Source: an uncultured Pseudomonadota bacterium
GTDB taxonomy: Bacteria > Pseudomonadota > Alphaproteobacteria > Rs-D84
DNA length: 64,000 bases
NCBI GenBank assembly: GCA_902787305.1
Contig: CADAFS010000003.1
Span: forward strand, 7,119 to 71,118
Reading direction: 5' to 3'
Shown here: one piece after another, positions 16,316-26,335 of the stretch
Numbering within the stretch: the first letter of the stretch is position 1
How the letters are laid out: the number at the start of each line of letters is the position of its first letter
Position numbers and translations under genes: made by a program
The notes under the pieces: model-generated
Told to the model about the DNA's origin: nothing
What the model saw: the letters and a program-made list of their open reading frames with translations, nothing else
Database searches by the model: none

Positions 16316-18373
16316 TTAATTTCCATTTGATTCTGGTTTAGTCCAACTACGGATACACCCATCACCCGGACACCCAAGGGCATCACGCAGACACTGTTCG
16401 CGAAAATCTGCGGAATTTCCACTACCATTTGGCATTGGCGGGTTGCTGTGATTTGACGAGGCACCATTTAATATCTCGTTCAACGTCACAATATTACGAC
16501 AAGTGTTTAATGTATAATCACTTGCGTTCCATGTACAAGAACCATCCGGTTTGTCAATAATCGCACGAAATTGTGCATACGACGGATTGCAAATCATATC
16601 TTGATAGCAATGCGGAACATTTGCAATCTGTGCGCAATATGTTTTAATACGCGCATCTGGCCAATTTTCATTTGACTGCGCCTGGGTTTCATAACAATCC
16701 CAAAGTTCACTTATACATTCGTTAAAGTTCGTCCCCGCGGCCGTTGCCTTGGACAAGACCTCGTCGCGTTCGTTATTGTAAAACTCTAACCGTTTTTGTT
16801 GCAACGCCTGTTGTGCGGCAACCTTTTGATATGCAATTTTTTGTGCGGTCGCCTTTAACTGTTCACCGTACAAATCGCAATCCGCGTTCGCATCCAGCAA
16901 GTATTTTTGCATCACACTGCGCCGCGCATCCGCAACCGGCCCGCGCAGGTTTTCATATGGGTCGTTCGACGTGCTGTATCCAAAGCAAGACGCATTCGCG
17001 GCGGTGCCGATATTGCTGCGTTCGTTTAATTTTACATCGCCCGACGAAGAAATCGTCACTTTGCTGTTGTAATTAAACGGACAAGACGATGTTGCACCGT
17101 TCGCGCAACGGCCACCCGACGGCGGTGTGCCACAACCCTCATATATTCCGTTAAAGCACGAATCAAGAACGCGTGCACAAACATTATTATGTGCATAGCG
17201 GAACAAATCGTATCCCCATGTTTCCGCAAGTGTATCGCGTGTTTCTTCATTGATTATTGACGCGGTCGAACCGCCGATTCCATTCAAAATTGTTGTCACA
17301 TTTTCCATTGCTTGGAACACAGAATCCGTGTTATCAGCCAGAATCGTATCGGTGTTCGCCTTTACTTCATCCGCCCACGCCGAAAGCGATGCCAAAATAT
17401 CAGACCCCGCCCCATCCAAATTGGCGACATCAAATCCGTAAACACTTTCGTTCGTGCAATATGCCGGTGCAACCGAATAAGAACATGCCCCTGATGTGAA
17501 AAGCCCATGTTCCGCACACCAATCGCCAAACTTATTGGAATTTGTTCCGTTGTCACTTGCTTCCCGCCATGAAACGCAATTCATAACCCTTTCTGCATCG
17601 GTCAGTTCGAATGCCGCACTAACTTCTTTGCCCTTGTTTGCAATCAGCAATGCCAACTGTCCGGAAATTTTAATCAATTCTTCATTCGCGGAATTCAGTG
17701 CGTTTTCCGCCTCTGCAAATGCCTTGACCCGGCCGGCGCATGCGCAACGGCGTTGTGCCTCGTTCCGGGCGGTGCAAATTTCGTCCATGCACGTATAGTA
17801 CGATTCCAAACAGTTGCTATACGCGTCCGCGGAAATAAGCCCCGTCGAAGAATCGACGATATTGCTGTAATTCCCGGTGTAAAGTTTGCTGTTTAAATAT
17901 GTGTAATATGTCCCGTTAACGGTTTTTGTTCCACGAATTGCATCGCCCTGTAAAGACACGCGTGCGGGATTTGTCGTTGCGGTGCGTGCGCGAACGGTGC
18001 GTGTCGGCGCGGTCGCACGCGAAGAACGGCGCGCCAATTCACGCGAAACGACACCGCGTGCGGTCGCACCACGTGCAATATCGGTTGTTGGGCGTTGCAC
18101 AACATTGCGTGTTGTGGTCGTTGTGACCGCCCCGGTTGTTGGCCGCGGCGCGGTTGCGCGAACATTACGGCCCGTGCTGTTACGCGGACTTTGCCGCCCC
18201 AGTGTTAAACCATCGTTCGCGGTTTCGTCATTCCCAAGCATCGGTCCAATCGGGTCGGCCAAAACAACCCGCATCGATAAAAATGTTGAACAAACCAAAA
18301 ATGCACCCATCAACAAAAACATAGTGCCCAATGCATTTTTGCCAAATTTTTGCAAAGAATTTTTTTTCATCAA
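16316..18373 (-). CDS. Secreted cysteine-rich protein (685 aa), paralog of 1014..3578
   Basis: Signal/anchor-like N-terminus, Arg/Thr-rich linker, NCLESYYTCMDEICTARNEAQRRCACA motif matching SCQDQYNDCMDQFCAVIDANQKRCSCS of the 854-aa protein. Confidence 0.75.
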   Translation of the reverse strand: MMKKNSLQKFGKNALGTMFLLMGAFLVCSTFLSMRVVLADPIGPMLGNDETANDGLTLGRQSPRNSTGRNVRATAPRPTTGAVTTTTTRNVVQRPTTDIARGATARGVVSRELARRSSRATAPTRTVRARTATTNPARVSLQGDAIRGTKTVNGTYYTYLNSKLYTGNYSNIVDSSTGLISADAYSNCLESYYTCMDEICTARNEAQRRCACAGRVKAFAEAENALNSANEELIKISGQLALLIANKGKEVSAAFELTDAERVMNCVSWREASDNGTNSNKFGDWCAEHGLFTSGACSYSVAPAYCTNESVYGFDVANLDGAGSDILASLSAWADEVKANTDTILADNTDSVFQAMENVTTILNGIGGSTASIINEETRDTLAETWGYDLFRYAHNNVCARVLDSCFNGIYEGCGTPPSGGRCANGATSSCPFNYNSKVTISSSGDVKLNERSNIGTAANASCFGYSTSNDPYENLRGPVADARRSVMQKYLLDANADCDLYGEQLKATAQKIAYQKVAAQQALQQKRLEFYNNERDEVLSKATAAGTNFNECISELWDCYETQAQSNENWPDARIKTYCAQIANVPHCYQDMICNPSYAQFRAIIDKPDGSCTWNASDYTLNTCRNIVTLNEILNGASSNHSNPPMPNGSGNSADFREQCLRDALGCPGDGCIRSWTKPESNGN

Positions 18374-18448
18374 ACTCTCCTAAATGTCCCGGAATTTCAA
18401 CCTTTTCACCGCATAGTTCGATTGCGAACCATACTACTATCATATGTC

Positions 18449-18476
18449 ATTATATCAGATTTATAAATTTTTGTAA
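18449..18476 (-). promoter_or_regulatory. Putative promoter of the 685-aa Cys-rich gene (TTACAA-16-TATAAT, extended TGA)
   Basis: Complement reads TTACAAAAATTTATAAATCTGATATAAT. The AAATTTAT..TGATATAAT core is shared with 3590..3598. Confidence 0.5.
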
Positions 18477-18477
18477 A

Positions 18478-18502
18478 CAATAAAACCCGCCACGCGGCGG
18501 GT
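18478..18502 (-). terminator. Terminator of the small acidic protein gene
   Basis: ACCCGCC-GCGT-GGCGGGT followed by TTTTATT on the complement. Confidence 0.7.
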
Positions 18503-18541
18503 AACAATTTATTTATCGTACATAACGTTGTGTGAAACCAA

Positions 18542-18763
18542 TTATTCTTCCACAGGTGCTTCTTCTACGGCTGGTTCTTCAACAGCTTCTTCAACGACCG
18601 CAACTTCTTCGACGGCAATAGGTGCCATCGGTTCTTCTTCGGTCACCGTTTCCGTCACAACCGTTTCATCCACGGGTTCTGTTGCATCAGCAATCAGTTC
18701 CGCGCGTGCGCCACAAACAGACAAAACACCCACCAGTGCCCCAAGTACAAATATCTTTTTCAT
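18542..18763 (-). CDS. Small acidic secreted protein (73 aa)
   Basis: MKKIFVLGALVGVLSVCGARA signal-like segment followed by a Glu/Val/Pro-rich tail. AAGGAG upstream of the Met at 18763 and an intrinsic terminator downstream. Confidence 0.5.
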   Translation of the reverse strand: MKKIFVLGALVGVLSVCGARAELIADATEPVDETVVTETVTEEEPMAPIAVEEVAVVEEAVEEPAVEEAPVEE

Positions 18764-18888
18764 TTTTTTCTCCTTTTTAATGCGTGTCGTATAATAGATA
18801 TTTTTGTGCAACAAAGTCAACAGGTTTTATTTGGTCAGTGGTATTTTTAACTTCAATCTACACCTGTCCAAACTTTTCGACAAAATGC

Positions 18889-18916
18889 TTGACTTTTGGT
18901 GTTAAAAATGTATTAT
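18889..18916 (+). promoter_or_regulatory. Putative rplU-rpmA promoter (TTGACT-16-TATTAT)
   Basis: Hexamers read directly, 45 nt upstream of the rplU start. Confidence 0.55.
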
Positions 18917-18960
18917 TTGCATAAACTTTTAGACAAAAGTTAAAATAAAAGGAAAATAAT

Positions 18961-19260
18961 ATGAGTGACTTTGCAATCTTTCAAACCGGCGGAAAGCAAT
19001 ATCGCGTAAAGGTCGGTGATGTTATCAAGGTTGAAAAATTGGATGCGACCGGCGATGTCACATTTGACCATGTTCTGATGTTGGGCGAAACCGTTGGGAC
19101 GCCAACAATTGATGGGGCACGGGTCGTGGCAACCGTTGTCGAACAAAAGCGCGCGGCCAAGGTTTTGGTGTTCAAGAAAAAACGTCGTCAAAACTATCGT
19201 CGCACACGCGGTCATCGCCAATTTATAACCGTGTTGAAAATCAAAGAAATCAAGGGTTAA
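18961..19260 (+). CDS. rplU: 50S ribosomal protein L21
   Basis: [20 protein letters not shown]..., 99 aa, followed by rpmA. Confidence 0.95.
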   Translation: MSDFAIFQTGGKQYRVKVGDVIKVEKLDATGDVTFDHVLMLGETVGTPTIDGARVVATVVEQKRAAKVLVFKKKRRQNYRRTRGHRQFITVLKIKEIKG

Positions 19261-19278
19261 AGTTAAAGGAGTTTAATT

Positions 19279-19545
19279 ATGGCACATAAGAAAGGCGTCG
19301 GGAGCAGTCAAAACGGACGCGATTCAGCGGGACAGAGATTAGGTATCAAAAAATCCGGTGGCGCGCATGTGATTCCGGGCAATATCATTATTCGCCAACG
19401 CGGAACCGCCGTTCATCCGGGCGAAAATGTTGGTATGGGCAAAGACCACACCATATTTGCCAAGGTTGCCGGCAAGGTTTCGTTCAAACGCGGTTTCCGT
19501 GACCGCAAGACCGTATCGGTTATTCCCGACGAAAGCGCAAAATAA
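19279..19545 (+). CDS. rpmA: 50S ribosomal protein L27
   Basis: [16 protein letters not shown]...IIRQRGT motif, 88 aa. Confidence 0.95.
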   Translation: MAHKKGVGSSQNGRDSAGQRLGIKKSGGAHVIPGNIIIRQRGTAVHPGENVGMGKDHTIFAKVAGKVSFKRGFRDRKTVSVIPDESAK

Positions 19546-19546
19546 T

Positions 19547-19574
19547 AAAAAAACCGCCGTTCGGCGGTTTTTTT
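19547..19574 (+). terminator. Terminator of rplU-rpmA
   Basis: AAACCGCC-GTTC-GGCGGTTT followed by a T-run. Confidence 0.85.
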
Positions 19575-19603
19575 ATTGCAAACGATTATTTTTATCTTAA
19601 TTC

Positions 19604-19631
19604 TTGACACTTGGTTTTTTTGTGTTATATT
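19604..19631 (+). promoter_or_regulatory. Putative promoter (TTGACA-16-TATATT, TG at -15/-14)
   Basis: Hexamers read directly, upstream of 19661..19972. Confidence 0.55.
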
Positions 19632-19660
19632 TTGATTGTAATTAAACAAAAGGATTAAAA

Positions 19661-19972
19661 ATGAAAAAATTAGTTTTTGCTTTGATTGCGATGGCGACTG
19701 TGCCGGCAATGGCGGATTATTATCGTGTTCGTACAAATAATTGCGACCCGGCGGCGATGCATGCAACATTGGAACGTGCGGCACGCGAACATCGTGCGGT
19801 TATTACCGAAGTGAACTGTGAATATGCGCGCGTTGAACCCGTGGTGGTTGCTGGGGGCGCGCCGGTATATGTGCCAACATATGTGGCGCCAGCCATTGAT
19901 TACAGCAATATCCCGGTTGTTGATTGTGCGCCACACCCGACACGTGCCGAATATTGTGGTGGGTGTTATTAA
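19661..19972 (+). CDS. Small secreted Cys-containing hypothetical protein (103 aa)
   Basis: MKKLVFALIAMATVPAMA signal-like N-terminus. Own promoter (TTGACA-16-TATATT) and terminator. Confidence 0.5.
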   Translation: MKKLVFALIAMATVPAMADYYRVRTNNCDPAAMHATLERAAREHRAVITEVNCEYARVEPVVVAGGAPVYVPTYVAPAIDYSNIPVVDCAPHPTRAEYCGGCY

Positions 19973-19990
19973 AGAAAATAATCTTAGGTA

Positions 19991-20014
19991 AAAACCCGTA
20001 TTTTTACGGGTTTT
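19991..20014 (+). terminator. Terminator after 19661..19972
   Basis: AAAACCCGTA-TTTTT-ACGGGTTTT. Confidence 0.75.
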
Positions 20015-20074
20015 GTTTTGTTTGACACTTGCAAATGTAAAAAAGAATGCTATCATTGCCTTGGTCTAAAAGTT

Positions 20075-20743
20075 ATGCAGATTTACAATAAAAAAGTTCT
20101 TTATGTTATCGCCGGTGCAAATGGATCGGGTAAAACCACCCTTGCCCAGGAAATCGCCAATGAAAATCCGGATATAGAATTCCTTAATCCCGATAATATT
20201 CAACGAGAAAATAAAGTTGATGCCAAAAAGGCTGCGCGCATGGTTTTGTCAAAGATGAAGCAATTATTTTTTACGCACGATTCGTTTATTTACGAAACAA
20301 CACTTGCGGGAAAAAATAATTTTGTAAAACAAGCGCATGATAACGGATATAAGATAATATTTGTCTATGTATTGCTATCATCGGTTGAACAAAATATTGC
20401 ACGGGTTAAACAACGGGTTGCAATGGGCGGGCACGATGTTCCGGAAAAAGATATTCGGCGCCGTTATTATCGAAGTTTGTTTAATATTGATTCTGTCCAG
20501 GCACAATCTGACCAATGGGAAATTTATTACAACGGCGAAGATAAATATGAACTTATTGCACGTGGCATTGGTAATCAAATAAATGTTATCAATAATCCGC
20601 GTTATAAAAACTTTATTAAACACCGTGGTGAAATTTTATCCGAACATTTATTGGAGCTTGGGCGATGTGCTGCAACCAAGGCGCGCCTTGCCGCAGAAGA
20701 AGCGGGTGTGCCAATCGCTGATATAAAAAATATCATTCGTTAA
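20075..20743 (+). CDS. Zeta-toxin-like P-loop kinase (COG4185-type)
   Basis: Walker A GANGSGKTT and FIYETTLAG motif. A+T-rich. Start moved to MQIYNKK. Confidence 0.65.
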   Translation: MQIYNKKVLYVIAGANGSGKTTLAQEIANENPDIEFLNPDNIQRENKVDAKKAARMVLSKMKQLFFTHDSFIYETTLAGKNNFVKQAHDNGYKIIFVYVLLSSVEQNIARVKQRVAMGGHDVPEKDIRRRYYRSLFNIDSVQAQSDQWEIYYNGEDKYELIARGIGNQINVINNPRYKNFIKHRGEILSEHLLELGRCAATKARLAAEEAGVPIADIKNIIR

Positions 20744-20858
20744 ATCAATTATATGAATTTTCATTTACTAATATTTACTACTTATACTGATACCAATTAA
20801 AAAACACTTGCACCCAATTTACAATTTATTCTATGATGAAACAAGGAAGGAAAGGAAC

Positions 20859-22214
20859 ATGAAACGAACTCTGGTTTCTGGATTGGGATTTTTGTTGGTT
20901 TTGCCGGCCTTTGCGGGTGCACGGTTGCCGGCGGTGAACACATCGGGGGCGGCGGTTTCGGCACGCGAACAATACGGTTTGACAACGGTATCAACGCGCG
21001 GTGCGCGTCCGGTGTCGGTTGTTGCGTCGCGGGTTGCGGATTCGGCACATCCGGTGACGGATAAAAAACGTGTTGTCGCACGCACGGCCACCACACAAAA
21101 TTTCGCAAATGATGTAAATACGCGCAGTGCGGTTATGGCGGATTATTTGCTTCCGAATCGGCCGAGTTCTGATTTGTGGGCAAAAAATGACACGCCGTTG
21201 CGTATGCCGCATGCGAATGAATTTTCGGTCCTAACATCAAATGATGTTTTGCCAGAGGAAGAAATTGCGCCGGCGCCGGTTCCCGTGGTTGCGCGCAACA
21301 ATAACCGCGATGACGAAATTTCTGAATTGGCCGTCCGGACCAGTGCGCTGGATGCACAGATTACGCGTTTAATGGATATGCAACGTCGCGCCGAAGAATC
21401 GGTCGCGATGCGTCCGGTTGCGGATTTACCATCGGTTGAAACAAACATTTATTCTTCCGGGCCGGTCGCAATAAATCCAACGCGTGAAATTGCGGCCACA
21501 CCGGAAAGGGTGCCAACACGAACACTGGCCAGTGTTGCGGAACCTGTGGGCGATGGTGTAAAACTTTCGCGTCTTGTGGTGCCACGTGACGAAGATGGTG
21601 ACGATGTAATCACCCGTGTCGCACGCAAAAACGCGTCACCTAAAATCGAAGAAGTCCGAAACGATATGAAAAATATGACACCGTCGGAATTGCGTCGTGC
21701 GTTCAGGAAAACATTTTTGTCGGAAAATAAACACCTTTCTACATATCCGATTGATGACCGTTTTGACGCGGCAAGTGATATTGACACATCCATCGAAGGT
21801 TTTACATCCACGCGTGATTTGTCCGAAGAATCCGACAGAATTCGTCCGTTGGAAATCAAGATAAAATTCAAAAATACCGATTCGGCATTGTCGCGTGAAA
21901 ATTACAATTTACTTTCGGAATACGCCGGCATAGTGGTCAGCAATCCAAAGCGCGCAATTCAAATCGCAATTCCGGCGGTTGCAACCGAAACAACCGATGC
22001 GCGGAAACTTGCGGCGCGGCGTTTGGCGATTGTGGAACAGGTCTTGCGCGATACGGGCGTTTCGGAAAATCGCATTGTTCCGATTTTATCAAGCCGTGAC
22101 GAAGAAGGTTTTGTCCTGCGTGTGATTTCAAATGAACAATATGAAACACTTACCAAGCAAACGCGCAACAAATACGGGACCAGTTCGAAAAAATATAAAA
22201 GTTTAAGTTGGTAA
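20859..22214 (+). CDS. Secreted protein with Arg/Thr-rich N-terminal module and degenerate OmpA/MotB-like C-terminus
   Basis: MKRTLVSGLGFLLVLPAFAGA signal. KKRVVARTATTQNF motif shared with the Cys-rich proteins. C-terminal RKLAARRLAIVEQVLRDTGVSENRI resembles OmpA_C. Confidence 0.6.
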   Translation: MKRTLVSGLGFLLVLPAFAGARLPAVNTSGAAVSAREQYGLTTVSTRGARPVSVVASRVADSAHPVTDKKRVVARTATTQNFANDVNTRSAVMADYLLPNRPSSDLWAKNDTPLRMPHANEFSVLTSNDVLPEEEIAPAPVPVVARNNNRDDEISELAVRTSALDAQITRLMDMQRRAEESVAMRPVADLPSVETNIYSSGPVAINPTREIAATPERVPTRTLASVAEPVGDGVKLSRLVVPRDEDGDDVITRVARKNASPKIEEVRNDMKNMTPSELRRAFRKTFLSENKHLSTYPIDDRFDAASDIDTSIEGFTSTRDLSEESDRIRPLEIKIKFKNTDSALSRENYNLLSEYAGIVVSNPKRAIQIAIPAVATETTDARKLAARRLAIVEQVLRDTGVSENRIVPILSSRDEEGFVLRVISNEQYETLTKQTRNKYGTSSKKYKSLSW

Positions 22215-22960
22215 TGGTGTCTGTGTTCGGGTCTTTTTGTCGCAAATGTTTTAATTCAATCATTGATTTTTTGTTTCCGCCCGCGTGTCCGATATGTTCG
22301 GCGCGGGTGAAAAAGCACGGTGAATTATGTGATGATTGTTTTGGGTATTTTGATTGGATTGACGGGCCGCATTGTGCGTACTGTGGTTATCCATTTCCGG
22401 ACGAATACGAATCGAACAAGAAATCTTTGTGCCCGGTGTGCGCCGCGGGCAAGAACGAATTGGAATATGTTCGTGCCGCGTGTGTGTATGATGATATGTC
22501 GCGGTCTGTTATGTTGCCGTTCAAACATGGTGGTCGTATAAAGTTTGCACGATTTATGTCGCATGCGATGATATGGGCGTTGCGCGATGTCGATATTAAA
22601 CCGGATTTGATTATGCCGGTGCCACTTGCGAATCGGCGCCTGTTTCAACGCGGATATAACCAGGCAACTCTACTTTCGCGGGAAATCGCGCGTGCATATG
22701 GTGCGCCGATTGACTTTAACAGCGTGCATCGTAAATATCGTCCGAATATGGGACACAAAACGCACGCACAGCGCGCACAACATATTCGCGGCGTATTCAA
22801 TGTTAAAAACCGCGATGCGTTGCGCGGGAAAAAGATTTTATTGGTCGATGATGTTATGACATCGGGTGCAACATTTAATGAACTTTCGCGTGTATTGCGG
22901 CGTGCGGGTGCGGCGGGGGTATATGGCGTCGTCTTTTGCCGTGTTGTCCGCGCGGAATAA
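22214..22960 (+). CDS. comF: ComF-family phosphoribosyltransferase-like protein
   Basis: N-terminal Cys4 (CPICS...CDDC), PRTase motif ILLVDDVMTSGAT. Confidence 0.8.
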   Translation: MVSVFGSFCRKCFNSIIDFLFPPACPICSARVKKHGELCDDCFGYFDWIDGPHCAYCGYPFPDEYESNKKSLCPVCAAGKNELEYVRAACVYDDMSRSVMLPFKHGGRIKFARFMSHAMIWALRDVDIKPDLIMPVPLANRRLFQRGYNQATLLSREIARAYGAPIDFNSVHRKYRPNMGHKTHAQRAQHIRGVFNVKNRDALRGKKILLVDDVMTSGATFNELSRVLRRAGAAGVYGVVFCRVVRAE

Positions 22961-22970
22961 ATATAGATAC

Positions 22971-22998
22971 TTGAAATTCGTTTTCGATTTGGTAAAAT
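22971..22998 (+). promoter_or_regulatory. Putative valS promoter (TTGAAA-16-TAAAAT)
   Basis: Hexamers read directly. Confidence 0.5.
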
Positions 22999-23028
22999 TC
23001 GATAAAATTAACCACAAAGGGTAAAGAT

Positions 23029-25428
23029 ATGAAAATAGATTTGGGTAAAAACATTGCACCACGCGATATAGAGGCGCGTATTCAAAAGTTTTGGGATGAA
23101 AACGATTTTTGGGCAAATGATGTAAATTCAAAACAAACACCTTTTTGTGTTATGATGCCACCACCGAATGTCACCGGAAATTTGCATATGGGGCATGCGC
23201 TGGATAATGTGATGACCGATATTATTTGTCGGTATAAACGTATGTGCGGGTTTGATGTTTTGTGGCAACCGGGAACCGACCATGCGTCTATTGCAACACA
23301 ACTTTTGGTGGAACGCGATTTATCAAAGCGTGGAATAAACCCGCATGCGTTGTCTTTGAAAGAAAAATTGAATTATGCATGGAAATGGAAGGATGAAAAG
23401 GGTGGTCAGATATTAAACCAACTGCACGTTTTGGGTGTGACACCGGTATGGAAACGTGAAAGGTTTACAATGGATGATGGGCTTTCGCGCGCGGTCACGA
23501 AACTGTTTGTGAAAATGTATAACGAAGGTTTGATATATCGCGAAAAACGCTTGGTAAATTGGTGCCCGCGCCAACAAACATCTGTATCGGATTTGGAGGT
23601 TGAAACCCGCGAAGAACATGGCAAGTTTTATTATTTTAATTATCCGCTTGCGGATGGTGGCTTTGTTGAAATCGCAACGACGCGCCCGGAAACATTATTC
23701 GGCGACGCGGCGATTGCGATTCACCCCGAAAATGAAAAGTTAAAACATCTTATTGGCAAAAGGGCGATAATACCACTTACTGATATTGAAATTCCGATTG
23801 TGGCGGACGTTCATGCGGACCCGGAAAAGGGAACCGGCGCGGTGAAAATTACACCGGCACATGACTTTGATGACTGGGAGGTTGGCCTGCGTCATAACCT
23901 AACACCGGTTTGCATTTTAACGCCTGATGCAAAATTGATAGATGCCGCGCCCGTGCCGGAAAAATATCGTGGTATGGATCGGTATGTGGCACGCAAAGCG
24001 GTGATAGAGGATATAGAGGCCGCCGGTCTTATAACAAAAATCGAAGATAAAATTATTCCAACGCCGTATTCACAACGTGGTGGTGTGCCGGTTGAGCCAA
24101 TGCTTACGACCCAGTGGTTTGTGGATGCCGAAAAATTGGCGGCACCGGTTATTGCGGCGGTTGAATCGGGCAAAGTGCAATTTTTGCCGGAACACCGTTA
24201 TAACTTGTTTATGTCGTGGATGAAGAATATTCGTCCGTGGACAATTTCACGGCAACTTTGGTGGGGGCATCATATACCGGCGTGGTACGATGCGGAGGGT
24301 CAAGTATATGTCGCCGAAACCGAAGAAGAGGCAATTAAACAATCAGGTGGCAAAACACTGACCCGTGACCCGGATGTCCTTGATACATGGTTTTCATCGG
24401 GGCTTTGGCCGTTTTCGACACTTGGGTGGCCGGATGATACGCCGGAATTAAAACGTTATTATCCGACGGATTTGCTTTATACTGCGGCGGATATTATATT
24501 TTTCTGGGTTGCGCGTATGATGATGCTTGGAATTTATGTTATGGGCGATATCCCAATTAAAACACTAAATTTCCACGGACTGGTCCGCGACGCCAAGGGG
24601 CAAAAGATGTCAAAGACCAAGGGCAATGGTGTTGACCCGTTGGACACGGTGGAAAAATTTGGTGCGGACGCGTTGCGTTATTTCGTGTCAACCGCACCGA
24701 TTGGAACCGATATCCGGTATAGTGATGAAGAGGTTAAACGTGGTTCAAAATTACTAACCAAACTTTGGAATGTTGCGCGGTTTGTTTTGGGGAATTTGGA
24801 AAGTTTTGAACCGACGGGTGATGCGCCGGCGGTTGCAACGCGCCCGATTGAGGACCGTTGGATTTTGTCCGAATTAAATAAAACGATTGCCGAAGTGCGC
24901 AAAAACCTTGATAAATACGACAGTTTCAATGCACGCAGTGCGATTGATACATTCTTTTACGATATATTCTGTGACCAATATGTTGAATTTATCAAGGACC
25001 GTTTCTGGTCGCCGGAAAAATATGGTGCGGAATCGGTTCTATCGGCCCAGTGGACATTGTGGACGGTATTGCGTAGCATAATTGGTATGTATGCGCCTTT
25101 TATTCCGTTCCTGACCGAAGAATTGTGGCAAAAGATATACATGCCATACGAAGGTGGCAAAACACTCCATTTGACCGAATATCCAATGGTAAACGCGGAA
25201 TATGATACCGATGTGTCCGATATGCAATATGCAATCGATACGATAAAGGCTGTTCGTGGTTTGCGGACGGAACGCAAGATTGGAAACGGTGCAAAACTTG
25301 AAACATTGACCGTGCCACAAAACGTGCCGACCGCGCTTTACGGACTTATAAAATCTGGTGCGCGTGCAAATAACATTGTTGCGGGTGATGCGGTTGACTT
25401 TGTCGTGGCGGATGCGGGGGCACGGTAA
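23029..25428 (+). CDS. valS: Valyl-tRNA synthetase (short form, no C-terminal coiled coil)
   Basis: PPPNVTGNLHMGHAL (HIGH) and KMSKTKGN (KMSKS) motifs, 799 aa. Confidence 0.93.
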   Translation: MKIDLGKNIAPRDIEARIQKFWDENDFWANDVNSKQTPFCVMMPPPNVTGNLHMGHALDNVMTDIICRYKRMCGFDVLWQPGTDHASIATQLLVERDLSKRGINPHALSLKEKLNYAWKWKDEKGGQILNQLHVLGVTPVWKRERFTMDDGLSRAVTKLFVKMYNEGLIYREKRLVNWCPRQQTSVSDLEVETREEHGKFYYFNYPLADGGFVEIATTRPETLFGDAAIAIHPENEKLKHLIGKRAIIPLTDIEIPIVADVHADPEKGTGAVKITPAHDFDDWEVGLRHNLTPVCILTPDAKLIDAAPVPEKYRGMDRYVARKAVIEDIEAAGLITKIEDKIIPTPYSQRGGVPVEPMLTTQWFVDAEKLAAPVIAAVESGKVQFLPEHRYNLFMSWMKNIRPWTISRQLWWGHHIPAWYDAEGQVYVAETEEEAIKQSGGKTLTRDPDVLDTWFSSGLWPFSTLGWPDDTPELKRYYPTDLLYTAADIIFFWVARMMMLGIYVMGDIPIKTLNFHGLVRDAKGQKMSKTKGNGVDPLDTVEKFGADALRYFVSTAPIGTDIRYSDEEVKRGSKLLTKLWNVARFVLGNLESFEPTGDAPAVATRPIEDRWILSELNKTIAEVRKNLDKYDSFNARSAIDTFFYDIFCDQYVEFIKDRFWSPEKYGAESVLSAQWTLWTVLRSIIGMYAPFIPFLTEELWQKIYMPYEGGKTLHLTEYPMVNAEYDTDVSDMQYAIDTIKAVRGLRTERKIGNGAKLETLTVPQNVPTALYGLIKSGARANNIVAGDAVDFVVADAGAR

Positions 25429-25429
25429 A

Positions 25430-26164
25430 ATGTCAAAACTAATTGTAAAACGCGAATTACAGACATATCAATGCGACCGCTATGGCAATATGCGACCTGG
25501 AATTTTGATGAATGAATTACAGGGTATGGGTGATTCAAACGCCGAAAAGATGGGATATGGTCACACATTTATTCACGAAACAAATGTCGCGTGGGTTGTC
25601 ACGCATTACTTGGTTGATATTATCAAAATGCCACAAAACAGTGAAATGTTAACTTATGCTACATGGCCGGCAAAACATGATAATTTGCGCGCTATTCGTG
25701 ATTTTGAAATTCGTGGCGAAAGTGGCGAATTGTATGTCCGTGCGACATCACAATGGGTTTTGTTTGATTTAAAAAATCGTCGTATGGTTCGCATAGACGA
25801 TTGGATTAAAGAAGATACTTGGCCGACCGATGTTGTTCGTGCATATGACCGAAAATTTGAACGTTTTCCGAATTTTGAAGCGACCAAGACACATGTGTTA
25901 AAATGTCGTTTTGATGATATCGATGAAAATCAGCATATAAATAACGCGGTCTATGCGGTTTGGGCAACGGAAAGTGTTGGATACGAATACCGCAACACAC
26001 ATAAACTGCGCGGCATAGAATTAAACTATAAACGCGAAATAAGTCCCACAACCCCAGAGGTTTATATTGATGTCGCGTTCGATGGGCTTACCACGCGCCA
26101 TCGCATTCGAACGGCCGATACCCCCGAAAACGCCCAGGTTATATGTTATTGGGAAGAATTATAA
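25430..26164 (+). CDS. Acyl-ACP thioesterase family protein
   Basis: Double hot-dog thioesterase-like sequence (NMRPGILMNELQ..., ATWPAKHDNLRAIRDFEI...). The ATG lies 1 nt after the valS stop. Confidence 0.75.
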   Translation: MSKLIVKRELQTYQCDRYGNMRPGILMNELQGMGDSNAEKMGYGHTFIHETNVAWVVTHYLVDIIKMPQNSEMLTYATWPAKHDNLRAIRDFEIRGESGELYVRATSQWVLFDLKNRRMVRIDDWIKEDTWPTDVVRAYDRKFERFPNFEATKTHVLKCRFDDIDENQHINNAVYAVWATESVGYEYRNTHKLRGIELNYKREISPTTPEVYIDVAFDGLTTRHRIRTADTPENAQVICYWEEL

Positions 26165-26335
26165 AAAAATCACATAGTTTTTTGGCTGATTTTCGTGTTG
26201 AAAAGCATAATTTTATTATAAAAATAAAAAATTTTATACCCAAACCATGCAATTTGATTTTATTACATAAGAATTTTATCTTGGGGAAAGGTGGTCGATT
26301 TTTTGATAATATAAAGTAAACCAAAGGGGGAAAAT

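Noticed and set aside
18528-18794. Ser/Thr-rich 88-aa ORF on the plus strand.
   Set aside because: It is the mirror image of the Glu/Val-rich acidic protein gene on the minus strand, and that gene has an SD, a signal peptide and a terminator.
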